Assembly (NCBI GenBank): GCA_035281265.1
Contig: DATEEF010000125.1
Coordinates: forward strand, 1-62,373
DNA length: 62,373 bases
Source of the DNA: Steroidobacteraceae bacterium
GTDB lineage: Bacteria > Pseudomonadota > Gammaproteobacteria > Steroidobacterales > Steroidobacteraceae
Reading direction: 5' to 3'
Shown piece by piece: positions 36,542 to 49,877 of the stretch. How positions within the stretch are numbered: the stretch's first letter is position 1; each line of letters begins with the position of its first letter. The position numbers and the translations under genes were made by a program. The notes beneath the pieces were generated by a model that saw only the letters and a list, made by a program, of their open reading frames with translations, had not been told where the DNA came from and searched no databases.

Positions 36542-38461
36542 CTAGTCTCCGGTCGTCACCGCGGTCGCACCGCGATCGCCGTGCTGGCTGCGGACGATCT
36601 TGAGGCAATCGCGGTCGGTGATGATCCCGACGAGCTTGCCGTTCGCGAGCACCGGCAGGCAGGTCAGGTCGCGGGAACCGAGGAGTGCGATCGCCTCCGC
36701 GATCGGCGTGTCCGGCGTGACGGTCGGTGGATCGCGCTCCATGACGTCGGCGGCGCGCAGCTCGGTTTCGTCTTCACCCGGCGCGAGCTTCGCCAGGAGG
36801 GACTCGCTCGAGACGACGCCGAGCAACGTCCCATCGTCCGACTCCACGGGAATGTGCCGGACGTTGCTCCACAAGAGGAGGCCCCGGACCAGCTTGACCG
36901 GCTCGTCCGGCTGCGCCGTGACGAGGTCCGTCGACATGATGTGCTCGACCCGCGAGCAGCGGTCCCTGGCGCTCTCCGCCTCGGCGAGCCGGCTCGGCTG
37001 CCAGCGATGCACGGGGTGGCCGAGCTTCTGGCGCTGGTAAATGCCTTCGGTCGTCGCCGCAATGGCCTCGTGGCGCGAGCTCTCGCCTTCCAGGCGTTCT
37101 ATCGAGTCCAGGATCCACTGCGAGCCTGTCTTGCCGCTGCGCACTCGCTCCTCGATGATCGACAGGTACTTGTCGATGTCGGCATCCTGCACCGCCGCCC
37201 TTTGCAGGCCGCCACGCGCAATGGGGAGCAGGGTCTCGAGCAGCAAGGTGCGCGCGGGAATGGACTGGCCGTCGAGCCAGTCGATCGATGCGCCAAGCCC
37301 GACCTGCGCCGCAGCCAGGAAATTGCCGTGCGCCTCCTCGAACCTCAAGCGGGGCGGCAGGTCGGCGCAGTCGTCCGGCATGCCGTGCATCAGCCCGACC
37401 CACAGCGCCGCATTCGCCACTTCGTCGACGATCGTCGGGCCCGCGGGCAGGAAGCGGCACTCGATGCGCAGGTGCGGCTTCCCGCTGGTGATCCCGTAGC
37501 AGGGCCGGTTCCACGGATAGACCGTGCCGGTGAAGAGGCACAGCGCCTTCAGCTTCGGGATGCGGCCCTCCTTCAGCTCGACCAGCGCATCCTGCTCCAT
37601 GGCCGGCGTGATGAGGACCCGGTGCCGGCTGATCTCCTCCTGGTAGTACTCGACGACGGACCGGTTCTCCCAGCGGTGCCCGAAGCCGACGCGCGGGCGC
37701 TGCTCGCGGTAGGTGCTCGGCAGGCGGCGGTCGTCGGTGGACTGGTGGAACACCGCGATGCGCGTTTCGCGCCACAGCCGCTTGCCCAGGAACAGCGGCG
37801 AGTTGGTCGCGCAGGCGAGGACCGGCGCAGCGATCGCCTGCGCCCAGTTGAACTGGGACGCGAAGCGCGCCGGGTCGATCTGGTAGTGGACCTGGAAGCT
37901 CGTGTTGCAACCCTCGACCATCACCGTGGCCTTGCTCGTGATCAACTCCTCGATGCCGCGGATGTAGAAGTGGAAATCCTGGCCGCGCAGCTCGCGCAGC
38001 GCGTCGTTCAGCAGCTTGTAGCGCGGAACCGGCGTCAGGTTGTCGAGCGTGATGTCCGAGTCCCGGATCGTCGGCAGGATGCCCGTGAGGATGATCTTGG
38101 CGCCGAGCCGGTGCGCGGCCTTGTTCGCGCGCGTGAGCAGCTCGATCAGCTCGTGCTCCAGCTGCGAGAAGCAGTCGCCGCCGAGCTCCCGGGGATCCAG
38201 GTTCACTTCCGCGTTGAAACGCGCGAGCTCGGTCGTGTAGTGCGGATCGTCGAGGCTCTGGAGCAGTTCCATCCCGAGCATCGCGGGCCGCAACGCATAG
38301 TCGATCAGGCACAGCTCCTGCTCGGCACCGATGCGCGTGACCCCGCTCTCGAACATCCCCGCCGCCAGCATTTTCTCGAGGGCTTTCAGGTCGTCGACGA
38401 GATGCACCATGTACGCGGTACGCTGCCTTGGGTCGCTCGCACCGAATTTCGTGTCACCCAT
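36542..38461 (-). CDS. GCS2-family carboxylate-amine ligase (glutamate-cysteine-ligase family 2-like) fused to a C-terminal CBS pair
   Basis: Internal ATG 38461 (MGDTKFGASD). RIGAEQELCLID and GCNTSFQVHYQ ligase motifs. Two CBS repeats in the last ~130 aa (HIMSTDLVTAQPDEP..LLGVVS and VMERDPPTVTPDTP..LVGIITDRD). Confidence 0.8.
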   Translation of the reverse strand: MGDTKFGASDPRQRTAYMVHLVDDLKALEKMLAAGMFESGVTRIGAEQELCLIDYALRPAMLGMELLQSLDDPHYTTELARFNAEVNLDPRELGGDCFSQLEHELIELLTRANKAAHRLGAKIILTGILPTIRDSDITLDNLTPVPRYKLLNDALRELRGQDFHFYIRGIEELITSKATVMVEGCNTSFQVHYQIDPARFASQFNWAQAIAAPVLACATNSPLFLGKRLWRETRIAVFHQSTDDRRLPSTYREQRPRVGFGHRWENRSVVEYYQEEISRHRVLITPAMEQDALVELKEGRIPKLKALCLFTGTVYPWNRPCYGITSGKPHLRIECRFLPAGPTIVDEVANAALWVGLMHGMPDDCADLPPRLRFEEAHGNFLAAAQVGLGASIDWLDGQSIPARTLLLETLLPIARGGLQRAAVQDADIDKYLSIIEERVRSGKTGSQWILDSIERLEGESSRHEAIAATTEGIYQRQKLGHPVHRWQPSRLAEAESARDRCSRVEHIMSTDLVTAQPDEPVKLVRGLLLWSNVRHIPVESDDGTLLGVVSSESLLAKLAPGEDETELRAADVMERDPPTVTPDTPIAEAIALLGSRDLTCLPVLANGKLVGIITDRDCLKIVRSQHGDRGATAVTTGD

Positions 38462-39473
38462 GGTCCGCCTCCCGGCAGGACACGGCGTAGAACAGGCAAT
38501 CCTCGGCGGCGATGCGTGCGTCCGTCGTCGCCATGAAGAGGCGCAGGGGCCGGCGCGCGTGCAGCCGACCCTCATGCAGCGTGAGCAGGTCATCGCGCAG
38601 CTCGACGCCGCGGCCGTCGCGCGCGGTGAGTACGTCCATACCGGCGATCCAGCCGAGCGGATCGGTCTCCGTCAGCACCGACGAGTTGAAGCGGTCGATG
38701 TCCCGCCGCAGGGTGAGCGCGGCCCCGGCCGCGGGCTCGCTGCCGTAGGCGACGGCGGCACCGTCGGCGAGCCGGACGCGGATCGGGTGACGCAGCACTT
38801 CCACCGCGGAGCCGCCCTCGCGCGCCCCAAAGAGCGACTGGGCGCCGAGATAGCGCGCGAGCCCCTCGTAGCCGATCTCGTCCGAACGCGGGTCGCGGGC
38901 GCCGCCGCATTCGATGGTGACCGTCGGCCAGTCGTCTTCTGCCGCTTCCATGAGCGTGCCGAGGCGGATGTCGGTGAGGACATGGTAGCCGGAAAACAGC
39001 GACACCAGCGCCAGCTGCGCCGGATCCGCGCGCGTCCCGACGCCGTAGCAGGGTCCCAGGCCGGACGTGTTGTGCAGGTCCACGAGAGCCTCCGGTCGCG
39101 CCGTCCGCAGGTCAGCCAGGACGGCCCGGGCGAGGCGGGCCTCGTTGTCGGTGCCTGCATCGGCAAAGCAGCGGTTGAGGTCCTTGCGGCCGGGCAACAT
39201 GCGGTGCGCGTAACCCGGCGGCGCAAGTGCGGCATCGACCGATGCGACCAGCGCCATGACGTTCGTCGCAGGCCGCATTCCATTCCGCAGGAAGCGGTGC
39301 AGCGCCCGCGTGCCCGAAGGCTCGTTGCCGTGCAGCAGGGTGGTGACGGCCCGCGTGCGCGCGGGGTCCTCCCCGGCCAGGCAGATCCAGGTCGGCCCGC
39401 CGAGCAGTCGCAGGAATTCCTCCGCGTCCTGCCCGACGGCCGTGCTGTCGGGGCTATTCCAGCGGCGTATCAA
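38454..39473 (-). CDS. M14-type zinc deacylase, succinylglutamate desuccinylase/aspartoacylase (AstE/AspA/DoeB-like) family
   Basis: Zn and catalytic motifs LLHGNEPSG, GRKDLNRCF, LVDLHNT, VTIECGG. TTG start at 39473. The stop overlaps the next gene's ATG (ATGGGTGA). Confidence 0.8.
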   Translation of the reverse strand: MIRRWNSPDSTAVGQDAEEFLRLLGGPTWICLAGEDPARTRAVTTLLHGNEPSGTRALHRFLRNGMRPATNVMALVASVDAALAPPGYAHRMLPGRKDLNRCFADAGTDNEARLARAVLADLRTARPEALVDLHNTSGLGPCYGVGTRADPAQLALVSLFSGYHVLTDIRLGTLMEAAEDDWPTVTIECGGARDPRSDEIGYEGLARYLGAQSLFGAREGGSAVEVLRHPIRVRLADGAAVAYGSEPAAGAALTLRRDIDRFNSSVLTETDPLGWIAGMDVLTARDGRGVELRDDLLTLHEGRLHARRPLRLFMATTDARIAAEDCLFYAVSCREADHG

Positions 39474-39516
39474 GTCAGCAGTCCCGCAGATATGGGCGGT
39501 TTCAATCGGAAAATTC

Positions 39517-39606
39517 TGGCGGAGAGGGTGAGATTCGAACTCACGAGGGGCTTGCGCCCCTGCCGGTTTTCAAGACCGGTGCATTCAACCGCTCTGCCAC
39601 CTCTCC
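39517..39606 (-). tRNA. tRNA-Ser (anticodon UGA)
   Basis: Reverse complement GGAGAGGTGGCAGAGCGGTTGAATGCACCGGTCTTGAAAACCGGCAGGGGCGCAAGCCCCTCGTGAGTTCGAATCTCACCCTCTCCGCCA. Long variable arm. Anticodon loop CTTGAAA. Confidence 0.95.
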
Positions 39607-39625
39607 ATCGCGTCCCCCGCGGATT

Positions 39626-40789
39626 CTAGATCATCGCCTGCATGAGGAGCCGCAGCAGGTCGCGGAGCGGCATCACGAGCAGCAGGAGCGGCAGCATGGG
39701 GGCGAGCGCCGCCACTGCGTAAGCAATGGCCGTCTTGAGCGAGATCGGCAGCAGGCGCATGTCGTAGACGCGATCGAGGCTCCCGCCGATATCCGCGAGT
39801 CCCTGCACGTCGCCCGAGGACTCGAGCGGGGTTTCCCCTGCCTGCGTGCCGATCCATCGCGCGTGAAAGTCCTGGATGTACTTCGACGCAAACGAACCGT
39901 ACACCAGCACGGCCGCTTCCTTCGCCATGCGCAGCGGCCGCCAGAAAACCGCGAGCGGCGCGAGGCCGAGCGCGATGGAGATCGCGACGAACGCTGCAAG
40001 CGGCCACTGGTAGCTCAAGAGGGACGCGCCCTCGTGCAGGACGCGCGTGGCGATGGCTCCCGCGACGAGGCAGCTGACGGTGAATCCGAGCTGCGCAAAC
40101 GCGGTATGGCCGAAACTCACGAACCCGAGTCCCGCGGACTGGTCGGGATGCGTCGCGAGTACCTGCAGGTCGAGCCGCGACAGTCGCTGCAGGAACCAGC
40201 ACCAGACTACGTAGCGCCAGAACCAGCGCAACAGCAGGAAGGACGACAGCCAGGAGCCGATGACATACCACCAGCCTGCGGCGGACAGGCGCGCCCCCTC
40301 GGGCGTCATCTCCTCGAACCAGAACTGCAACCCGTCGCCTCGGAAATTCTGCACCGCCGACCAGACGAAGCAGGCCGCCAGGCCGGCGATCACTGCTTCG
40401 ACAGGCGCAGATTCGAAAGCGCGACCGGCCTTGCGCAACAGCGCGTCGAAGCGCGGGCGATCTGCGGCGGAAACGAGCCGCGCCTCGACGAAGTGGGAGG
40501 CAACCTGCTTCGTGCGCCGTCCGATGCTCGCCTCGACAAGCACCAGCAGCGGGACGACCAGCAGGAAGCGCACGTGCGTGGAAAGGTCGTCGAAGAAGCT
40601 CACGGCCGCTCCGCCCTCTATCGGGGGCTTCACGAGCTCGAGCACCAGCAAGGGGACCCAGACCAGGACCGCCGGCAGGAAGGCGCGCACGAACAGTCGC
40701 GGAGGATCCCCGCTCGGCAAGCCGACGCGGGCCAGCGCCCGGTCCACGGGCCCGCAGTTCGTGAGCGAGAATTTGTCAGATTCAGCCAT
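39626..40789 (-). CDS. hypothetical polytopic inner-membrane protein (387 aa)
   Basis: Internal ATG 40789 behind GGGAGGGG. At least 6 hydrophobic helices, Trp-rich segment GWWYVIGSWLSSFLLLRWFWRYVVWCWFL. No family recognised. Confidence 0.65.
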   Translation of the reverse strand: MAESDKFSLTNCGPVDRALARVGLPSGDPPRLFVRAFLPAVLVWVPLLVLELVKPPIEGGAAVSFFDDLSTHVRFLLVVPLLVLVEASIGRRTKQVASHFVEARLVSAADRPRFDALLRKAGRAFESAPVEAVIAGLAACFVWSAVQNFRGDGLQFWFEEMTPEGARLSAAGWWYVIGSWLSSFLLLRWFWRYVVWCWFLQRLSRLDLQVLATHPDQSAGLGFVSFGHTAFAQLGFTVSCLVAGAIATRVLHEGASLLSYQWPLAAFVAISIALGLAPLAVFWRPLRMAKEAAVLVYGSFASKYIQDFHARWIGTQAGETPLESSGDVQGLADIGGSLDRVYDMRLLPISLKTAIAYAVAALAPMLPLLLLVMPLRDLLRLLMQAMI

Positions 40790-40886
40790 GGCTGCCCCTC
40801 CCCCGGCGCCGCCCGGCCGGCGGACGAGGATGTAACACGCCTCGGCTATACTTGGCACCTGTCCACCGGGGCTACGGAGAATCGCC

Positions 40887-41564
40887 ATGGAACGCAATCC
40901 CGTCGTCGTCTCAGGACGCGTCGAATCCGGCCAGTCGGTACTCGCGACCCACAAGGTCCTGCGAAACACGTACCTGCTGCTGTCCGCGACGCTCGCATTC
41001 AGTGCGCTCGTGGCGGGCCTCAGCTATGCGTTGAACCTGCCGTACCTCGGACCCTGGGTGACCCTGATCGGCTATTTCGCGCTGCTTTTCGCGGTGCACA
41101 AGACCGCTGACAGCGCCTGGGGACTCCTGTCCGTTTTCGCGCTGACGGGTTTCATGGGCTACACGCTCGGCCCGATCCTCAGCCTGTACGTACAGGCCAT
41201 TCCCGACGGGCACACCGTCGTGATGACCGCTTTCGGAATCACGGCGGTCACGTTTCTCGCGTTGTCGGCCTATGCAATCCGGAGCGGGCGGCGATTTTCC
41301 TTCATGGGCGGCTTCCTGGCCGTCGGCATCCTTACGGCCTTCCTGCTCGGCATCGTTTCGCTGGTGTTTTCGATGCCGACGCTGGCGCTCGCGGTGTCGG
41401 GCATGTTCGTGCTGCTGATGGCCGGGCTCATCCTGTACGAGACCGGTGAGATCGTGCACGGCGGCGAGACCAACTACATCCACGCCACCGTGACGCTCTA
41501 CGTCAGCATCTACAACCTCTTCACGAGCCTGCTGCACCTGCTCGGCGTCGCCGGCGACGACTGA
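40887..41564 (+). CDS. Bax inhibitor-1/YccA family membrane protein
   Basis: 225 aa, 7 TM helices. VLRNTYLLLSATL, typical C-terminal region YLDFINLF-like (YVSIYNLFTSLLHLLG). Confidence 0.9.
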   Translation: MERNPVVVSGRVESGQSVLATHKVLRNTYLLLSATLAFSALVAGLSYALNLPYLGPWVTLIGYFALLFAVHKTADSAWGLLSVFALTGFMGYTLGPILSLYVQAIPDGHTVVMTAFGITAVTFLALSAYAIRSGRRFSFMGGFLAVGILTAFLLGIVSLVFSMPTLALAVSGMFVLLMAGLILYETGEIVHGGETNYIHATVTLYVSIYNLFTSLLHLLGVAGDD

Positions 41565-44208
<2,644 letters not shown>

Positions 44209-44239
44209 CGCGAAGGATTCTAGCCGCTTGCGCCGGCGC

Positions 44240-44632
44240 TCAGGACGGGCGCCTCGCCGACAGCCACGCGGCGGCGCGCAGGCCCCAGCCGGCACGACCT
44301 TGTCCGGCGATCAGCCAGGCCACGGCGATGCCGGCGGCATTGGCGGCGAGATCGGCCGGGTCCGCCGTGCGATGGTCGGTGAGGAGCGACTGCGCGATCT
44401 CCAGCGATGCACCGAGCAGCAGGCATCGCAGCATGACCTTCCACAGGCCCGCCGGCGTTGCAATCGCGGAACCCAGCAGGGCCAGCGCAAAGTAGGCGAT
44501 GAAATGCGCGTACTTGTCGGAGAACGACTGGGTCGGGACCACTGGACTCGGCGTCAAGCTGGCCACGACGATCAGGATCACGAGGACCGCGATTGCCGCG
44601 ATCCACAGCCGCCGCAGCGTCGATTCCTTCAA
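44240..44632 (-). CDS. VanZ family membrane protein
   Basis: 130 aa, 4 TM helices. DKYAHFIAYFALALL and R.ADP.DL.AN..G motifs. The TTG start overlaps the lolA stop (TTGA). Confidence 0.65.
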   Translation of the reverse strand: MKESTLRRLWIAAIAVLVILIVVASLTPSPVVPTQSFSDKYAHFIAYFALALLGSAIATPAGLWKVMLRCLLLGASLEIAQSLLTDHRTADPADLAANAAGIAVAWLIAGQGRAGWGLRAAAWLSARRPS

Positions 44633-45273
44633 CGGCCGTCCGCCGGCGCGCGCCCGACGACATCCACGCCCGGCGGCGGCGTGAAGCGGAAGCTCGAGGG
44701 CTCGAGCCGCGGATTGCGCTCGATGTCGTCGAAATCGATCCGCGTGGTCTGGCCCAGGCGATCGACCAGGACGAGCCGGCGCAGCTGCGTGGCGGCGATG
44801 CCGACGCGCAGCTCCCTGAAATCGCTTTCCGGGTCCTTCGGCTCGAGTCGCGTCCAGTCGAGGCCGCCTTCCGAACCGCCGTCGGAGATGCGGAATTCGC
44901 CGGCGACGTCAGCCTGCCCCGAAAGCAGCAGCGCCGGCGTGCCGATGAGCGCCTCGGCCGCGGGCCGCACCGTGACCTGCGCGAGATCCTCGTCGTACAG
45001 CCAGACAGTCACGCCGTCGGAGACGATGAGTTGCGCCGGTTCGATGTAGTCCCAGCGAAACCTGCCAGGACGTGCGAGCGCAACCGTGCCCCTGGCCGCT
45101 TCCGTCTGCTGTCCCTCGGCGTTCGTGACCGCCTGGCTGAACGCCGCCCTGAAACTGCTGAGACCCGCGAGCGCCGACTCGAGCCGGGATGCAGCGCGCG
45201 CATCGGCAGGAGCATCGGCGGCGACGGGCCAGGGCAGCAGGGCCGCGGCACAGGCGAATGCGGCGAGGCGCAT
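44629..45273 (-). CDS. lolA: outer-membrane lipoprotein carrier protein LolA
   Basis: Signal peptide. FRAAFSQ...GRFRWDY...LIVSDGVTVWLYD pattern. Located between ftsK and rarA as in enterobacteria. Confidence 0.9.
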   Translation of the reverse strand: MRLAAFACAAALLPWPVAADAPADARAASRLESALAGLSSFRAAFSQAVTNAEGQQTEAARGTVALARPGRFRWDYIEPAQLIVSDGVTVWLYDEDLAQVTVRPAAEALIGTPALLLSGQADVAGEFRISDGGSEGGLDWTRLEPKDPESDFRELRVGIAATQLRRLVLVDRLGQTTRIDFDDIERNPRLEPSSFRFTPPPGVDVVGRAPADGR

Positions 45274-47603
45274 CAGTTTTCCGGGGGCGGGGGCGCGAGT
45301 ACCTCGCGGCTGCCATTCGACTGCAGCGGGCCGACGAGTCCCGCGGCTTCCATCGACTCGACCAGCCGCGCGGCGCGGTTGTAGCCGATCTTGAGCCGCC
45401 GCTGCACGCCCGACACGGACGCGCGCCGCGACTCGGTGACGATGCGGACTGCCTCGTCGTAAAGCGGGTCCTGCTCACCGTCCGCGCCGCCCTCGCCGCC
45501 TCCGCCCTCGCCGGACTCGTCCGGCGCTCCCGCGGCGCTCTCCGGCGGCCCGGTCAGCACCTCCTCGACGTACACCGGCGCGCTGCCGCCCTTCAGGGAA
45601 TCGACGACGGCATGGACCTCCCGATCCGACACGAATGCGCCGTGCACGCGATCCGGCGTCGAGGTGCCGGGCGGCTGGTAGAGCATGTCGCCGTGGCCGA
45701 GCAGCGACTCGGCGCCGTTCTGGTCCAGGATCGTGCGCGAATCGACCTTGGCCGAGACCTGGAAGGCGATGCGCGCCGGGATGTTGGCCTTGATGAGGCC
45801 GGTGATCACGTCCACGGAGGGACGCTGGGTCGCGAGCACGAGGTGGATGCCCGAGGCCCGCGCCTTCTGCGCGAGCCGCGCGATCAGCTCCTCGACCTTC
45901 TTGCCGACGATCAGCATGAGGTCGGCGAGCTCGTCGATCACGACGACGATGAACGGCAGCGGCTGCAGCGCCGGCACTTCGCCCTCGAACTTGCCCGCCG
46001 CGCGCAACCTCGCGACGAGCGGATCCGGGATCGGCTGGCCCGCGTCCTGCGCATCGCGGACCTTGCGGTTGAGGCCGGCGAGGTTCCTGACGCCCAGCTC
46101 CTTCATGAGGTGGTAGCGCCGGTCCATCTCGGCCACGCACCAGCGCAGCGCGTTTGCGGCGTGCTTCATGTCGGTGACGACCGGCGCGAGCAGGTGCGGG
46201 ATGCCCTCGTACACCGAAAGCTCCAGCATCTTCGGGTCGATGAGGATCAGCCGGACGTTCTCGGCCGAGCTCTTGTAGAGGAGCGACAGCACCATCGCGT
46301 TGATGGCGACGGACTTGCCCGAGCCGGTGGTGCCCGCGATCAGCAGGTGCGGCATCTTGCCGAGGTCGGCGCAAACGGGATTGCCGCCGATGTCCTTGCC
46401 GAGTGCGAGCGCGAGCGGCGATTCGAGCTCGTCGTAGGCACGCGAACGGAGGATCTCGCCGAGCGTGACGAGCTCGCGGGATTCGTTCGGGATCTCCAGG
46501 CCGACCACGGCCTTGCCCGGGATCACCTCGACGACGCGCACGCTGATTGCCGACAGTGCCCGCGCGAGATCCTTGGCGAGCGCGCTGATCTGGCTCACCT
46601 TGACGCCGGGCGCCGGCTTCAGCTCGAAGCGCGTGACGACCGGCCCCGGCGCCACCGCGACCACCTCGACTTCGATCCCGAAATCCTTCAGCTTGATCTC
46701 GACGAGCCTCGAGATCGCGTCGAGCGCCTCGGGCGAGTACGTGCCGGGCCGCGGCGGCGGCTCATCCAGGAGCTTGAGCTCCGGCAGGTCGCGGGAGGGC
46801 GGCTTGGCGAACAGCGGAACCTGCCGCTCCTTCTCGACGCGACGGCTCGGTTCCGCGACGGGCGGCGCCGGCGGTTCGATGCGCGGTGGCGTGCGCTTCT
46901 CGGCTTTCTTCTTGACCTCCCGCACGGCGCTCTCGCGCGCCTCGCGGAATTCGCGCCCCACCGCCTGGTCGCGCGAAGCCGTGGCGCGCTCGCGGAGCCA
47001 CGCCGCCGCGCCGAGCACGTGGTGGCCGATCCAGTCCATCACCGTGAGCCAGGACACGCCCGTGTAGAGCTGGACGCTCGCGAACCACAGCGCAAGGAGC
47101 AGCAGCGTGGCGCCGAGCAGCGATGCGGCGTCGGCGAGGCCCTCGCCCACGAGGCTGCCGAGGATCCCGCCGGCACCGGCGGGCAGCACCCCCGCGGAAA
47201 AGTGCAGCGTCGCGAGCGCGCAGCTGGTCGCGAGCGCGGCGATGAGTCCCGAGATGCGCAGCGCAATCGTCGTGCGGCCCTGCCCTCGCTCACCCGCTGC
47301 CCGCTTGAGCCCGACCCAGGCGCTGAATGCGATCGCGATCGGAAACAGGAATGCGGGCCAGCCGAACAGCAGATAGAGCGCACTGGCGAGCCAGGCGCCC
47401 AACGGTCCGATCAGGTTGCCGACCTGACCGGGTTCACCCGTGTAGCTGAAGCTGCGGTCCGCCGGGTCAAAGCTCGCGAGCGCGATGAAGAGCACGAGTG
47501 CCACCGCGGCGAGCAGCCAGAACAGCGCCTCGCGCAGCGCGCGCGCGAACACGGGATCGAGCTTTGCATCGGGGCCGATCGCCTCGGCGGCGGATTTGGC
47601 CAC
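45273..47603 (-). CDS. ftsK: DNA translocase FtsK
   Basis: GTG start. N-terminal 4-TM domain, Pro-rich linker, motor domain ([27 protein letters not shown]), and C-terminal gamma wHTH ([21 protein letters not shown]). Confidence 0.95.
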   Translation of the reverse strand: MAKSAAEAIGPDAKLDPVFARALREALFWLLAAVALVLFIALASFDPADRSFSYTGEPGQVGNLIGPLGAWLASALYLLFGWPAFLFPIAIAFSAWVGLKRAAGERGQGRTTIALRISGLIAALATSCALATLHFSAGVLPAGAGGILGSLVGEGLADAASLLGATLLLLALWFASVQLYTGVSWLTVMDWIGHHVLGAAAWLRERATASRDQAVGREFREARESAVREVKKKAEKRTPPRIEPPAPPVAEPSRRVEKERQVPLFAKPPSRDLPELKLLDEPPPRPGTYSPEALDAISRLVEIKLKDFGIEVEVVAVAPGPVVTRFELKPAPGVKVSQISALAKDLARALSAISVRVVEVIPGKAVVGLEIPNESRELVTLGEILRSRAYDELESPLALALGKDIGGNPVCADLGKMPHLLIAGTTGSGKSVAINAMVLSLLYKSSAENVRLILIDPKMLELSVYEGIPHLLAPVVTDMKHAANALRWCVAEMDRRYHLMKELGVRNLAGLNRKVRDAQDAGQPIPDPLVARLRAAGKFEGEVPALQPLPFIVVVIDELADLMLIVGKKVEELIARLAQKARASGIHLVLATQRPSVDVITGLIKANIPARIAFQVSAKVDSRTILDQNGAESLLGHGDMLYQPPGTSTPDRVHGAFVSDREVHAVVDSLKGGSAPVYVEEVLTGPPESAAGAPDESGEGGGGEGGADGEQDPLYDEAVRIVTESRRASVSGVQRRLKIGYNRAARLVESMEAAGLVGPLQSNGSREVLAPPPPEN

Positions 47604-47621
47604 CGCTCAGAATTCCGCTAA

Positions 47622-48692
<1,071 letters not shown>

Positions 48693-48698
48693 GCCCGC

Positions 48699-49877
48699 GT
48701 GGACGCCCGCATCATCCGCTCGTTCGCCGAGGTCGGTGCGGCGGAGTGGAATGCATTGCCCGGCGCCGAGGCGCCGTTCCTCCGCCACGAGTTCCTGTCC
48801 GCGCTCGAAACCAGCGGCTGCGCGACGGCCGCAACCGGGTGGGACGCGCATCACGTGCTGCTGCGCACGGCGGACGGCCGCCTCGCGGGCGCGCTCCCGC
48901 TCTACCTGAAGTCGCATTCCTGGGGCGAATTCGTCTTCGACTTCGCGTGGGCGGAGGCGCACCACCGGGCGGGCCTGCGCTACTACCCTCGCCTGGTGTC
49001 GGCCGTGCCGTTCACGCCGGCGACCGGTCTGCGCCTGCTGGCGGACGGCGAACGACCTCGTACCGCACTGCTCGAGGCGGCACGCGCTCTCGGCACGGCG
49101 GTCGGGGCTTCCTCGCTGCACGTGCTGTTTCCCGGTGAGGCGGATCGCGTGACACTCGGCGAGGCGGGCCTCCTGGCGCGGCTGGATTGCCAGTTCCACT
49201 GGTTCAACGAGGGCTTTGCTTCGTTCGACGATTTCCTCGCGGGCTTCACCGCCGAAAAGCGCAAGAAGGTGAAGCGCGAGCGGCGTCGCGTGCGCGAGTC
49301 GGGCATCGACTGCCGCAGCCTGGCGGGCCACGAGCTCGACGACGGGCTCATCGACGTCATCTATCGCCTCCACGCCGCGAATTTTGCGCGCCACGGCCAC
49401 GCCCCCTACCTGAACCGCGAATTCTTCGGGGAACTTGCCCGTACGATGCCGGGCAACCTCGTCGTGGAGCTCGCGAGCCTCGGCGGCGAGCCGATCGCCT
49501 GCGCCATCCTGTTGCGCGGAGCAAAAACGCTGTACGGGCGCTACTGGGGCGCCAGCGGGGATTTCCACAGCCTGCACTTCGAATTGTGTTACTACCGCGG
49601 CATCGAGTACTGCATCCGCGAGGGCCTGTCGCGGTTCGAGCCCGGCACGCAGGGCGAGCACAAGCTCCTGCGCGGATTCCGGCCGACGGCCGTCTGGTCG
49701 ATGCACGAGATCGCCGATGCGCGGTTCGCCGCGGCCATCGGCGACTGGCTTTCGCGCGAGCGCGCTGCCATGCAGGAGTGGCTCGCGGCAGCCGCCTGGC
49801 ACCTGCCCTTCCGGCAGGGCGGCATCCCCGCTAGGCTCAATGCCGATGTCCGGGATCGCATGGCTGCAGAAGACTGA
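48699..49877 (+). CDS. GNAT-fold protein of the DUF482/FemAB-like (BioF2-like acetyltransferase) family
   Basis: 392 aa. FLRHEFLSALETSGC..GW....LL and LYLKSHSWGEFVFDF motifs as I remember them for this family. GTG start. Confidence 0.7.
   Translation: MDARIIRSFAEVGAAEWNALPGAEAPFLRHEFLSALETSGCATAATGWDAHHVLLRTADGRLAGALPLYLKSHSWGEFVFDFAWAEAHHRAGLRYYPRLVSAVPFTPATGLRLLADGERPRTALLEAARALGTAVGASSLHVLFPGEADRVTLGEAGLLARLDCQFHWFNEGFASFDDFLAGFTAEKRKKVKRERRRVRESGIDCRSLAGHELDDGLIDVIYRLHAANFARHGHAPYLNREFFGELARTMPGNLVVELASLGGEPIACAILLRGAKTLYGRYWGASGDFHSLHFELCYYRGIEYCIREGLSRFEPGTQGEHKLLRGFRPTAVWSMHEIADARFAAAIGDWLSRERAAMQEWLAAAAWHLPFRQGGIPARLNADVRDRMAAED

Noticed and set aside
35094-39606. The idea that the decarboxylase/GCS2/M14 operon is a genomic island integrated at tRNA-Ser.
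   Set aside because: I found no integrase, no direct repeat of the tRNA-Ser 3' end to the left and no obvious compositional break. The tRNA adjacency is noted in the finding, but island status is not supported.
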